Virus record (IMG/VR): IMGVR_UViG_3300013232_000486
Length of the DNA stretch: 64,000 nt
Source of the DNA: a virus
Lineage: Duplodnaviria; Heunggongvirae; Uroviricota; Caudoviricetes
Direction: 5' to 3' (one strand)
The translations under genes and the position numbers were made by a program. Every line of letters begins with the position of its first letter. Within the stretch, counting starts at the first letter, position 1. Of the stretch, positions 1 through 10,824 are shown one piece after another. The notes under the pieces are model-generated. The model had not been told where the DNA came from and did no database searches. It worked only from the letters and a program-made list of their open reading frames with translations.

Positions 1-2
1 AG

Positions 3-3000
3 AGGTATGGCATTGAAAGCGGTCTACCATCGAACAGGATCCAGGCGATCGGCTATAACAAAAACACCGAAGAACTATGGGTAGGAACTGATTATGGATG
101 CGCCAGAGCGCAGATAACGGACGACAAAATCGTCTTCTCTCAGTTGGTGACAGTGGCCAATACCATGTCCGTTACCCCGTGGCTTGACGGCATTCTCCTT
201 GGTACTAACTTTGGATTGTTGTACTTTGATAATTCATTGCGTGAAACGCAAATCGGGTCTGACGTAGTTGGCCTGAGTCCGATCGTGTGTGGCGACGTTG
301 ATGCGTCAAACGTCGCATGGCTTGGGTCATCACTTGGGCTCGTGGAACTAAACAACGACTGTGGACTAAAGTCGGGGTCGATAACTTCAAACCAAGATGG
401 CTTGTTAGGGTTTGAAACGCTAATCGACTTCAAGTACTACAGACTTGTGTCCTCGTCCCTTCCAGGTGGGGGATGTGAGAAAGCGCTCATCTTCCCTCAG
501 ATAAACGGAAAGAGGGTTACTAGCGGATACAAGGTAATTCCACAAGTTCCGATGATCGAGTTTGATACCCCTCTACGGTCAACCGATCAGGTAGAGGCCT
601 TCGTTCACAGAGGCTTCAGAAGGCTGCCTTCGCTCATAAACACTGAAATATATCCATTTGCTTACTTGGAAACAGACAAGCTGAGAATGAACCTGTATCG
701 CAAGCGTGTCTTGGCTGGTACGGTTAAGGTTGGCGGAAACAGAGGCCCAGGGTCTCGTGGTACACCGAGAATGTATACGGTGATTGCGCAGCCAGTTGAC
801 CCATCTGGCGCACCACTTGAAGACAATTGGCCGATCACGGCTGTAAGCGGGCCAGCAACGGTGACGTTCAAGCGTCCTGTCGAGGAAGGACAAAGCATAT
901 ATTGTGACACGTCAGAACTCATTCAGACCGTACCGACAGACGCGTATGACGCACAGATCGTGTCGTTCCCATCGACGGATGAAGAGGGAAATCTTGACGA
1001 GTATGCGACTCTGACGGTGGCTGTCGACTCCGTAATCTATGTCGCCTACGACTCAAAAGCTCTTGATATCCCGTCATGGCTAAGGTCATTCGACCCTGTT
1101 TCTACAGTCCAGCGCGTCACAGACATGGAGGTCTACACCGCGCCTGGATCAGTGGAAAAACTGTATGCGGCCACAAGAGGATCCAACGGATGCATTTATA
1201 GCGTCTTGCAAGACGAGTCCGCTTGTGACATCATGGCCGAGACGGCAATGGACAACTCTGGGCCAGATGGATGCATAACGAACGCGGTCATGACTGGAAC
1301 AGACAGAATGCGTTTGAACTTGACTGCAAACGACTTGATCAGTGGAGTGGCAGACATGAGGGTGTCTGCCCGAGAGGACTTCAAGGACGATAATGGCAAT
1401 GACTTGCCATGGGTTCCTTTCGCTGGGACGTATGAAATACAAGTTCCAATCACGCAAAGTACCTCCGCGACAGTCGTTTCCACGATAACCACTGGTACCT
1501 ACACGAACTTTTACACATGGAACGGCCAGTCACTGGCCACGGCCTCTGATACTGGACGCGTTTACAAGATAATTCCTGGAGCGGATCCAGAACTTCTATT
1601 TGACACTGGACAACCAGACATCACGTCGCTTGTTAGTTTTGGCAAATACTTGGTCGTTGGAACTGGTCCAAACGGGCTTATCTACACGTGGGACGGAACA
1701 GCACTCAAGCCTCTCACCGTTCCTAACGCGACTAGAATCACGGCGATGACGCCATTCGATAGTCTCCTGTTCTTGGGCGTGACGTACGTGGACAACAACG
1801 GGCTTCCAACCGCTTACGTATACACAATCAGTGAGGTCGATCTTGACCTGGGCAACTTCCCAACGCTGTTCAAGTCAACGCTTGAAACTGACATCACTGG
1901 GTTCGCGATCTTCGGCGGCATGCTATATTGGTCTTCATCGAACGAGCGCATCCACGCCGAGGGGTCTGAGGTGGTCGAGGACTTTGTCACCTTGTCCACC
2001 ACGACGACTCGTGGGCATAAGCATTCGTTCAGCGTTCCCGCCGGGGTCAAGTTGATGTACGACTTGAACGGATACACGACAGAAGTTGACGGTCATTCCC
2101 ACCAGGTTATCAACGGCGTTGTCCAGGCCGCTGATAGCCATTCCCATGTACTAAATGGCGTGATGTCCGGGAAGGTCTTCAGGCTTGATTCCGTAACTGG
2201 AAATGTGATCATCGTCCATGCCGACCGAGACTACAAGGTCACGACGATATCTTCGTCTTCGCTAGACGATCAAGGACTGATGTTCGTTGGCACATACCCG
2301 AATGGCAAGATTCTAAGGTACGTTCCTACAGAAGAGATATTCTCGAGGTCATTCGATACCCCAGCGGACAGCGTCAACAAACTCAAGTACCTTGAGGGCA
2401 AGACGTATGCCGTCGCGGGGAACGACTTCTTCGTCTTCAACGGGTTCAGATGGGAGTTCTTGGGATCTACTGGCGGAGCAGAAATCATAGACATACTCGC
2501 TAATCCAAGCGAGGTGTTCCTGCTCACGTCAACGTCGGTATACTCGGTAACCACAACGACCGTCACCACCACGACCACAACAACACAACAGCCAGCATGG
2601 AAGGCGTGCGCCTACGTTACCTTCAGAGACAATCTTGGCAACGAAAGCGACAGATATGACTCAGACGGGGCGTTGAAGAGTTGCTACTACGTATGCGCTA
2701 CAGACCAAGGTTTCAGCGGAGCGTCTGGGTTTAGTGGCTCCAGCGGCGGCGGTGGTGGTGGAGGCGGTGGAACTGACGGAGGCGGAACGAACGGGGCCGT
2801 ACAGATCGTCCATCGCATAACAGAAGTCAACGAAAACGCGTTGTCAGTCATGTCCATAGTCGGGCCGAAGGCGTTCTTCTCGGCCAACCTAGTCCAGAAT
2901 GAAATCGGAGTATACGAGTCCGAGATCTTCAACGGGACGACTTCGTTCGTTCAATGGGTGTCGATATCTTGGGATTCGACTGTTCCGATGGGAACCAGCC

Positions 3001-3758
3001 TTGACATCCAAGTCAGGAGCGCCTCGACGTTCGCGGCTGTTTCTTCGGCCACGTGGTCAGACCTCATGACGACTCCAAGCGGTGGGACGAGGCCGGAGTA
3101 CGATATCACCAATCAGCGTGGCCAGTTCATGCAGTTCAAGGCAACGCTGAAATGCACCACGGCTGGAGTGACGTCACCAGAGCTTCAGGCCGTGTTTATC
3201 AAGCTGAGGACGTCGCAAGCCGTTCACTACTACACTACCAACTTCGCCTTGCCGCAAGCGCTTAAGAGCGGCATCCTGACGTACAATGGATGCAAGTATC
3301 CTCCTACGACTGACCTCGTTTTCGGTATCAATGCGCAGGATTCAACCGACTTCTCGGACTATCAAGTAATAGAGCCGAACAAGGTCTTTGAGGCGCTCCC
3401 AGAACACCAGATGAAGAACTTGCGCGTCGGTATCAAGCTGATCTCCGACACGACAACCGTACCAGTGGTGGACGAATTCGCCTTGTTGTTCAGCCTGGCT
3501 AACGACGCGATCATAAGGCTGAACCTGCCTGGAATGCCAGTAGACGGAGGAAGCTCAATCGTCACACAAGGGCAGACAAAGAGCGTACTGACGGACGTCG
3601 CCCAAGGACATGCACATACGGTGACCTACGATGCGTACCTCGACGCCAAAGATCAGGTCAATGGCCAGACCTCGATCAACGCTGGCCACAGTCATAAGAT
3701 TGTGAGCGGCGTAATTCAACCCGCTGCTGGCCACAGCCACGACTTCACATTCGAGTAA
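3..3758 (+). CDS. Giant virion/tail-associated protein, 5'-truncated: beta-propeller repeats, two His-rich (3x HxH) modules, Thr and Gly linkers, C-terminal beta-sandwich
   Basis: The frame is open from base 3 (RYGIESGLPSNRIQAI...LWVGTDYG, a two-component-regulator propeller-like repeat), so the track start at 144 is not the true start. It has repeated LVVGTGPNG/MFVGTYPNG blades and two GHxH-22-GHSH-12-HSH modules. Confidence 0.75.
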   Translation, partial: RYGIESGLPSNRIQAIGYNKNTEELWVGTDYGCARAQITDDKIVFSQLVTVANTMSVTPWLDGILLGTNFGLLYFDNSLRETQIGSDVVGLSPIVCGDVDASNVAWLGSSLGLVELNNDCGLKSGSITSNQDGLLGFETLIDFKYYRLVSSSLPGGGCEKALIFPQINGKRVTSGYKVIPQVPMIEFDTPLRSTDQVEAFVHRGFRRLPSLINTEIYPFAYLETDKLRMNLYRKRVLAGTVKVGGNRGPGSRGTPRMYTVIAQPVDPSGAPLEDNWPITAVSGPATVTFKRPVEEGQSIYCDTSELIQTVPTDAYDAQIVSFPSTDEEGNLDEYATLTVAVDSVIYVAYDSKALDIPSWLRSFDPVSTVQRVTDMEVYTAPGSVEKLYAATRGSNGCIYSVLQDESACDIMAETAMDNSGPDGCITNAVMTGTDRMRLNLTANDLISGVADMRVSAREDFKDDNGNDLPWVPFAGTYEIQVPITQSTSATVVSTITTGTYTNFYTWNGQSLATASDTGRVYKIIPGADPELLFDTGQPDITSLVSFGKYLVVGTGPNGLIYTWDGTALKPLTVPNATRITAMTPFDSLLFLGVTYVDNNGLPTAYVYTISEVDLDLGNFPTLFKSTLETDITGFAIFGGMLYWSSSNERIHAEGSEVVEDFVTLSTTTTRGHKHSFSVPAGVKLMYDLNGYTTEVDGHSHQVINGVVQAADSHSHVLNGVMSGKVFRLDSVTGNVIIVHADRDYKVTTISSSSLDDQGLMFVGTYPNGKILRYVPTEEIFSRSFDTPADSVNKLKYLEGKTYAVAGNDFFVFNGFRWEFLGSTGGAEIIDILANPSEVFLLTSTSVYSVTTTTVTTTTTTTQQPAWKACAYVTFRDNLGNESDRYDSDGALKSCYYVCATDQGFSGASGFSGSSGGGGGGGGGTDGGGTNGAVQIVHRITEVNENALSVMSIVGPKAFFSANLVQNEIGVYESEIFNGTTSFVQWVSISWDSTVPMGTSLDIQVRSASTFAAVSSATWSDLMTTPSGGTRPEYDITNQRGQFMQFKATLKCTTAGVTSPELQAVFIKLRTSQAVHYYTTNFALPQALKSGILTYNGCKYPPTTDLVFGINAQDSTDFSDYQVIEPNKVFEALPEHQMKNLRVGIKLISDTTTVPVVDEFALLFSLANDAIIRLNLPGMPVDGGSSIVTQGQTKSVLTDVAQGHAHTVTYDAYLDAKDQVNGQTSINAGHSHKIVSGVIQPAAGHSHDFTFE

Positions 3759-3761
3759 AAA

Positions 3762-6700
3762 ATGAGGCGGACCCTCCAGTACAGGTTGGCGTTCTTCCAG
3801 TACGGCGACACCTATAGCGCCTCACAAGATGCTCGAAACATGCAGACGGTTGAAAACCAACTGGATGATTTGGCCAAAATCATCGGAGACGGAGTATTGT
3901 CTGGATGGAACTTGAGTTGCATTGGATCTTCTCCAGCAAGCGTCAGAATTACTACTGGCGAAGGATTCGTTGCCGGGATCTATTCCAAGACGCTTAGCCA
4001 GAAAACCATTGTCCTTCCAAACGATGCCGAAGTAAAGGTATACATGCAGTCGAACGCGTACGATCCGCTGCTTACAGCACAAGGGTTACAGCTTGAGACG
4101 GAGGGGCCAGCCGAACCTCTTGAGATAGACCCCCTAACCAATACTTGGAAGAGCGTAACGTACGCGAACTATGATCCTCCAGCCAGTCCGACGGGCTTCA
4201 AAGGGCAATCCGCTGGGTTCAGCGTCATCCAGTTGTTCTGGAACCCGAACACAGAAATTGACCTTGATCACTACGAAATTCAGCGATCCATAGTTAGTTC
4301 CTCTGGCCCTTGGGTTGACATAGGAAGCCCAGTCACAAACGGATCGTACCCAGACCTTCCGTACAACGACACTGGATTGTCTGGATCTACCAGTTACTGG
4401 TATCAGATCAGGGCCGTTGATACTGGCGGAAATGCGTCAGCTTGGGTAGCCGTGACACAGATCGACGGAATCACGGCCCCTCCAATCATAACTCCCGTAG
4501 ACACGACCACACCAGGCAACCCTTCAAACTTGAAAGCCTACGCGGGAGATGGAGCCGTTTCCCTTGTTTTTGACCCGAGCATATCCGCGAACGTCACGGG
4601 ATACTTGTTGTCCGCACAAAAGGTTGACCTGATCGGCGTACCATTCGACCCTCCAATAACGTATGTCGAGTCTCTTTCTGAAACGTGGCATCTTTCTGGT
4701 TTAAGCAACTTTCAGCGGTACCGCATAACCGCGCAAGCGCGTAACTCTGTCGGAAACCTAAGTTCTGGGATTTCAACAGATATCACTCCATTGTCGTCTT
4801 CTGCCCCTCAAGAGATATCTGGTCTCACGTCTACGTCTCAGAGCGGAGGAGTTCAGCTTGATTGGACGGCAAGTCCATCTTCCAGCAAGGCGAAGTATCT
4901 GATCACTGTATACGATGGGGACAGCAACCGAGGATCAAAGCCCCTTGACGTGGGGCTGGTCGTGCAAAGACTGTTGACCTCTTATATCCCGCTGACGGAT
5001 GTCGGTGTTGGTTCTACAACGAAGTTTGTTGTGGACAAAAAGTATACTTTCCGAATACAGACATCGGATTCGCAAGGGAACATTTCGACGGGGATATTCG
5101 TCAAGGGAACGATCATTGATGATGTACCTCCGAAAGATCCGAACACACTGATCGGAGAGGCTGGCGATACCCAGATCGCGTCCACCTGGAATCGTAGTCC
5201 ATCCGAGGACGTGGCAGACTATCTCTTCTCGTACTCGATAAACAACAAGGTTACTTGGTCAGTCGATTTGTCAGTAGGAAACGTGACGTCATACCTACTG
5301 ACTGGCCTTACAAATGGGATTGCCGTTTACATACGTGTCAAGGCTGTAGATGACGCGGGCAACGAGTCTTCTGGGCTTATCGCTGGGCCATACACATGCG
5401 TCACTGACACGATCGCCCCAGATCCCCCAACGAACATACGTGCAATGGTTGATGACGAAAAGGTAACCTTGTCATGGGACGACAGCGTGGCGTCCGACTT
5501 CAGCTTCTTTGAGGTCATGCGGACGAGGATAGTTTCAGTCTCAAATCCTAATCCAAACAGCGAACTAAGGATAGACACGAGCTACGACGCCAACCACCCT
5601 CTTCCAGTACAAGTGATAAACGTCGGCGCGGCGACAAGCATGGTCGACTTGAAGTTGACCAATGACAAGTCTTATGCCTACAATGTCAGAGCCACAGATA
5701 CAAACGGAAACATCGGGGAATGGTCTGAGACCCATATTGGAACTCCGACCAGCGGGATAAATACCTCCTCGACGTCAATCAGACGTCTCAAGGCCCCGAC
5801 GCTGGTGGACGCCGTTTACGACACGATGACGCAGAGCATAAAGGTTTCATGGCAATATTGGTTTCCAAGCGGATCAAATGACGCGTTCAATGAAACCACG
5901 TATTCTGATGGAGTCGCTACGTACCCAAGTGACGGGCCGACCGCATTCAATATTTATAGGAGCGCCACTGGAGCATCGGTCGGATATGAGTTGGTTGCCA
6001 GCCAAAACTCTTCTTCTTGGGAGTACTATGATTCTTCTGGTCTAATTGACGGAAATGACTACTGGTACGCAGTCTCGGCAGTCAGAGAAGTTTGCGACGT
6101 GATAACCGAAACGGGATCGACACAGCCAGCCGACTCGATATTGCTCGGGATCGTGAAGGTCTCTGGAGGAGTTTGTCAGTCCATCACGTCATCAAAGAGA
6201 ATAGCCGCCAACCTTGAAGGCACGTTGATGGAAGAAACCATCAACAGGCTTCTCGTCCATAGGCATTCTGCGAGTCCGATCAATAGCGCAAGCATCGTGG
6301 CTTCCGAGCAAGTTCCTCTCATAGACGTGCTCGACATGAAAACTACTTGCTTCAAGACTGGAACAATAGGAGACGACTCGTTCACTTGTGGTACGAATCT
6401 TAGCCCAGAAACGTCCTCTTATTACGTTGGTCTCATGACTAGCGGAATATCCGTAGTAAAGAAAACCGCTACAGCCAATCAAAAAACTGGCAGTCTCATC
6501 AAAGATTCTGACGGGAACCTTGTTAGTCTGCCTGGCAAGGGAACGTATACCTACGACTATTACGTGAACAACTACAAGTTCAAGGAAATGTCTTATGGAC
6601 CAAGACAAGCATACGTAGTAGACCCCAGATCGGCAACTTGGAACATACCGTATGTCGGAGACTTCCAGGTCACCGTGAATGGGTTGGCTCCAACAGTCGC

Positions 6701-9700
6701 GTTTACCATAGACCGTACCATGAACATGGTGGTATTCTACGAGTCACTTCCTTCTGGTTCTGTGGTCGCCATGAACGGTCTTGGATACAACTTCTACGTA
6801 CCAGCAAAGATAGACTACGACAACAGGGGCGTTCGCGTACTGGTCGACGGATCTGAGTATAGGTCTGCCAAAGTGGACTATAGGGAACAAGTCATACGGT
6901 TCTCTCCGCCCATAAGCACGGCATCGACTGTGACGCTAGAGCTTGAACCTGGCGTAGCGGACTTCGGAACGCAGACTAATTCAAGACAAGTAAACTTGTC
7001 TCCGAACTCAATCACCACGGACGTGACCAACCTTGACGGAAAGGTCATACAGGCTCTTGATGGAAGCTTCCAGCTCGGAGACCTGGTTTTTCCTATAGAC
7101 TCAGACGGGAACAGGATCAGCGGATACACGGTAGATTACGACAAGCAACAGATCATCTTGGACGAAGCTGTTGACCCAGAAGCTGTATTGGGGATAGAAA
7201 TCATAAACAAGCCAGAGGTCCAAGACAACCTAAAGGCCTCAAACATTCAAGACGGGGTGGATGGAAGCGCATTCATGACGGGAAAGTTTTTGCTTCCTCA
7301 GCTTCCCAACATCTCACATGAAGGCAGGATGAACGAGCCTTGTTATCCAGAATTTGTTTCGGCCTCAACGAGAAATCACTACACGTATTCGCTTGAGCAA
7401 GGACTTGTAGGGAATGGCGTCACGGCATATTCAGTTGCGTTCGTGAACTACAAGACGCTTCTCGGTACCAGTGATGGGATCAAGAGGACAAAGTACGGAA
7501 GCATCTTCCTTGGGTCTTCAGACGAGGCGGTCATCAATCCTCAGCAACTGGCCTCCACCATAACGTTTGGAGACGACGTCGTTTCTGCGGCAACGACGGC
7601 AAGTGAGCGCGGAGGCCAGCTTGATGGACAAGTGGACATTGGATTAAAGGTCATAGATAACCCATCAATGACGTTCCTTGACGACGGGAGAATACTGATA
7701 ACTGGAGGAAAACTTGGGTCGTTATATAGCGAAAGCACCTATGTATACGACCCAACAACAAAGACCGCGACCCAAGTTTCCTCCATGTCTACGGCAAGGG
7801 TTGGACATGCCTTGGTCAGACTGTTCAACGGGCAAGTTGTCGCTATAGGGGGCCAGCAAGCCTATCTGACATGCATGGCCTCAGCGACTTTCGAGGCTCT
7901 TCCGTCATATCCGACCGATGGGATCATAGGCTTGTACCAACTGTCCTCATGCGAGTTGTACGACCCGATGTCAGACACGTGGACTTCCGTAGCAACACTT
8001 CCGTCTCCGAGATCGTTCATGGGGGCCGTGGTTCTTGATTCAGATAGGATACTCATTTCTGCTGGTTATACGTATATCAATCCGAATGGAAACGTCAGAT
8101 CGGGGTACGCGCTCCAGCCGCCTAGCTTCGACTCGTCTGGAAATCTGCTCACGCCAGAACAGTACTGCGACAAAGACATTGAGGTGGTAAACCTTTCGAC
8201 AGCCTATGTCTACTCTTACGGATCTAACACGTGGACCCAGACTGGATCACTGATTAAGAGCAGCGGGGCCATCTCCCAATGCGGGTACTACAATAACCAG
8301 ACTCCGTACACGAGTTTTGAAGCATCTAGAGAGTTATATTCTCTGTCTGATGGCACATGGGAAGACGCCAAGGTTCTAGTCCCTCCGACAGAGGTCATAA
8401 CCGGAGTAGAGGTTGCTCAACCAATCAAGCAGTTCTTCGTTGATAGCCGAGGGAAGCTATTTGCTGTCGGCCACTCAAAGGTGTACGTCTCGTACAATGA
8501 CGGCGAAACTTGGGCCGAATCGAGCGGTTTGGAGTCGATAGGATGCGTTCATAGGATAGCCGAGGCTGGCGGGATCATGTACGCGGCTACCGACCTTGGC
8601 GTCTATGTCATTCCCGCATCACTGCAAGACTTCAATAGCTGGATACAAGGCGGGCTGATCGGCGCTGGAACGACAGAAGTCTTCGACTTGCTTCCATATT
8701 CGATGCATTATCCGACTGGCGAGGGAATCCTTGCAGCCACAGAAATAGGCGTGTTCTTCTCGGTGGACGTGGCCCAGACGTGGACACAGATAACTCCGAA
8801 CACTGTTTCCGACGTGAGGAACGTGGAGTCTGTTTGGACGGAAACCCTCTTCATCACCGCGAACGATAATGAATTGTGGAGAAGCGACGACAGAGGATAT
8901 TCCTGGACCAGAATAGGCGCGTACGACTTCATTTCCGATACTTCGCGTATGCTATCGAGGGGCCTGTCTGAACTGTACATCGGAGGACCGACTGGGCTTT
9001 ACTACAGCAGCGACGGAACAACGTTTGCCCTATCGGACTTCGACTTCAATAGGAACTCACGCAAGAATGCCGTCCAGTTCCTGGAGATGCTTGGAGATGA
9101 CGTCTGTGTCGGATATGAGAAGCTTGTTTACCTGATCGGCGCAGACCTAACAATCACGAAGATATACGACGCCGTTGGGACGATACCAACCGTCAGAGTA
9201 AATGGCGCGGACGCCAGGAACGCGTATCGGTACTTCATACCTAGCGGCGAAGTCACTTTTGAGTTCAAGAGGTTTGCCAAAGACACCGTTACTGTGGCCT
9301 CAAACTATGCTGTATTCATGCCAGAGGAAGGCCCTTGGTATTCTCAGAATGCCGATGCTCCAATCCGCGTCTTTGTGGATGGAGCCGAGACTTCGACTGG
9401 AAACTTCCTCTGGGACGCGTGGCAAGGAAAGGTCTCCTTCCCGAGCGCTCTAGATAAGTTCCAAGTCGTAACCGTGTCGCTGGCAAATATTTACCTAAAT
9501 AGGGCTGGGTCATACTTCCACACAGAACTAGAAAACAAGATGGAACAGGAAAAGGGGCTTCCCCTTTCCCTCGGAAGGGACTTCGCCTGTAACGTCTTGC
9601 AACTTGGCTTGGCCATGGAGCATAACTTCCTTGAGCGCGGCCTAGACAGGAATCAGTACTATTGCTTGTCTACGACGATGGTGGATAGGTCGTTCAATTC

Positions 9701-10820
9701 GTTCTTGCAGAACTCAGACTTCTTCATCATGGGCAGGAAGGACTTTGATAGCTTCAATTCAACGATCAACTACCAAGTTGAGTCCGAACAGAACAGTCCT
9801 GGCTACGCGGCAATGCTTTGCCATTGTGCCTTGGCATACGAGCAAGACCTGATCTTCATAGGAACAGACTCTGACTTGTATCTGCTGGACGGATTGCCAG
9901 GTGGCGTGGTCACGCCAGTATTGCTGCGAGTTGAGCCACCGGCTGGGTTCCTTGGGCCTATCAGGGACTTGCAATTGCTTGGAAACGACGTCTATGTGGT
10001 CGCCAAGAGCGGTATCTATAAACTGACCATAAACGCAAGAAGGGTTTCCACGTGGACAAAGAACCAAGGATTAGGACTTCCAGACGTTGTCTATAGCGTT
10101 GGGTCAGTAGACCAATATATTGTCGCCGCAACCAGCGACGGGATGTACTACACCTCGTCCGCCGCCGTACCAGCATACGAGGCTTGGTCAAGGGCTTCTC
10201 ATACCGACCTTCAAAAACGTGTCGAGCTTCAACTCCTTGGGCCAGCCTCGGCGCTCGGGTGTTCTAATGGGCAAGCCTATGCTGGCATAGGCAATGAAAT
10301 CTATCGTTCCAACGACGGGCTACTATGGGAGAGGATCTACCAATTCGGGATAGAAGTCGATTCCATCGCAGACCCAAACCTGATCACCGACGACGAGCGA
10401 GCCTTGGCCGCTGCAACCGTGATAAGCAAGGTTTTGATCTTTGAGAACAACGTATACGTGGCCACCAAGAATGGTTTGTACAATGATTTCGGTTCCGCAC
10501 GTTCACAACAAGTCAAGTTCACGCTCGAGAACATAAATGGAACCGCTAGCGCGAGCGCCATCAGGATCAATGACGTGTTTGGGTTCAAAAATGGAAGCCA
10601 GACCGCAGAACTCTTCGTCGTTTCGGAAACGTCCTACTTGTATAATTACAGGTCGAACACTGGGACAACCACGCCGCTGACGCCTAGCGACGTGACTGGC
10701 GGCGAAACGACCATGTGGTTCAAGGATTTGGTTCAGGGAGTTTCCGCTGTCGATAGGGTCATCGTGACGGGAAGTAGGGTACCTCTCTTGTTCGCTGGCA
10801 ACTCGATCTTGTTTGGATGA
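3762..10820 (+). CDS. 2352-aa tail fibre/baseplate protein with FN3 array, Kelch repeats and BNR-like propeller
   Basis: Several FN3 motifs (YWYQIRAVDTGGNAS, YIRVKAVDDAGNES), Kelch motifs (ARVGHALVRLFNGQVVAIGG, CELYDPMSDTWT) and SxDxGxTW repeats. The N-terminus resembles that of the 57906 protein. Confidence 0.75.
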   Translation: MRRTLQYRLAFFQYGDTYSASQDARNMQTVENQLDDLAKIIGDGVLSGWNLSCIGSSPASVRITTGEGFVAGIYSKTLSQKTIVLPNDAEVKVYMQSNAYDPLLTAQGLQLETEGPAEPLEIDPLTNTWKSVTYANYDPPASPTGFKGQSAGFSVIQLFWNPNTEIDLDHYEIQRSIVSSSGPWVDIGSPVTNGSYPDLPYNDTGLSGSTSYWYQIRAVDTGGNASAWVAVTQIDGITAPPIITPVDTTTPGNPSNLKAYAGDGAVSLVFDPSISANVTGYLLSAQKVDLIGVPFDPPITYVESLSETWHLSGLSNFQRYRITAQARNSVGNLSSGISTDITPLSSSAPQEISGLTSTSQSGGVQLDWTASPSSSKAKYLITVYDGDSNRGSKPLDVGLVVQRLLTSYIPLTDVGVGSTTKFVVDKKYTFRIQTSDSQGNISTGIFVKGTIIDDVPPKDPNTLIGEAGDTQIASTWNRSPSEDVADYLFSYSINNKVTWSVDLSVGNVTSYLLTGLTNGIAVYIRVKAVDDAGNESSGLIAGPYTCVTDTIAPDPPTNIRAMVDDEKVTLSWDDSVASDFSFFEVMRTRIVSVSNPNPNSELRIDTSYDANHPLPVQVINVGAATSMVDLKLTNDKSYAYNVRATDTNGNIGEWSETHIGTPTSGINTSSTSIRRLKAPTLVDAVYDTMTQSIKVSWQYWFPSGSNDAFNETTYSDGVATYPSDGPTAFNIYRSATGASVGYELVASQNSSSWEYYDSSGLIDGNDYWYAVSAVREVCDVITETGSTQPADSILLGIVKVSGGVCQSITSSKRIAANLEGTLMEETINRLLVHRHSASPINSASIVASEQVPLIDVLDMKTTCFKTGTIGDDSFTCGTNLSPETSSYYVGLMTSGISVVKKTATANQKTGSLIKDSDGNLVSLPGKGTYTYDYYVNNYKFKEMSYGPRQAYVVDPRSATWNIPYVGDFQVTVNGLAPTVAFTIDRTMNMVVFYESLPSGSVVAMNGLGYNFYVPAKIDYDNRGVRVLVDGSEYRSAKVDYREQVIRFSPPISTASTVTLELEPGVADFGTQTNSRQVNLSPNSITTDVTNLDGKVIQALDGSFQLGDLVFPIDSDGNRISGYTVDYDKQQIILDEAVDPEAVLGIEIINKPEVQDNLKASNIQDGVDGSAFMTGKFLLPQLPNISHEGRMNEPCYPEFVSASTRNHYTYSLEQGLVGNGVTAYSVAFVNYKTLLGTSDGIKRTKYGSIFLGSSDEAVINPQQLASTITFGDDVVSAATTASERGGQLDGQVDIGLKVIDNPSMTFLDDGRILITGGKLGSLYSESTYVYDPTTKTATQVSSMSTARVGHALVRLFNGQVVAIGGQQAYLTCMASATFEALPSYPTDGIIGLYQLSSCELYDPMSDTWTSVATLPSPRSFMGAVVLDSDRILISAGYTYINPNGNVRSGYALQPPSFDSSGNLLTPEQYCDKDIEVVNLSTAYVYSYGSNTWTQTGSLIKSSGAISQCGYYNNQTPYTSFEASRELYSLSDGTWEDAKVLVPPTEVITGVEVAQPIKQFFVDSRGKLFAVGHSKVYVSYNDGETWAESSGLESIGCVHRIAEAGGIMYAATDLGVYVIPASLQDFNSWIQGGLIGAGTTEVFDLLPYSMHYPTGEGILAATEIGVFFSVDVAQTWTQITPNTVSDVRNVESVWTETLFITANDNELWRSDDRGYSWTRIGAYDFISDTSRMLSRGLSELYIGGPTGLYYSSDGTTFALSDFDFNRNSRKNAVQFLEMLGDDVCVGYEKLVYLIGADLTITKIYDAVGTIPTVRVNGADARNAYRYFIPSGEVTFEFKRFAKDTVTVASNYAVFMPEEGPWYSQNADAPIRVFVDGAETSTGNFLWDAWQGKVSFPSALDKFQVVTVSLANIYLNRAGSYFHTELENKMEQEKGLPLSLGRDFACNVLQLGLAMEHNFLERGLDRNQYYCLSTTMVDRSFNSFLQNSDFFIMGRKDFDSFNSTINYQVESEQNSPGYAAMLCHCALAYEQDLIFIGTDSDLYLLDGLPGGVVTPVLLRVEPPAGFLGPIRDLQLLGNDVYVVAKSGIYKLTINARRVSTWTKNQGLGLPDVVYSVGSVDQYIVAATSDGMYYTSSAAVPAYEAWSRASHTDLQKRVELQLLGPASALGCSNGQAYAGIGNEIYRSNDGLLWERIYQFGIEVDSIADPNLITDDERALAAATVISKVLIFENNVYVATKNGLYNDFGSARSQQVKFTLENINGTASASAIRINDVFGFKNGSQTAELFVVSETSYLYNYRSNTGTTTPLTPSDVTGGETTMWFKDLVQGVSAVDRVIVTGSRVPLLFAGNSILFG

Positions 10821-10824
10821 GGAA

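Noticed and set aside
2709-2790. Collagen-like or DNA repeat (GFSGASGFSGSSGGGG)
   Set aside because: Too short for a triple helix; treated as a flexible linker.
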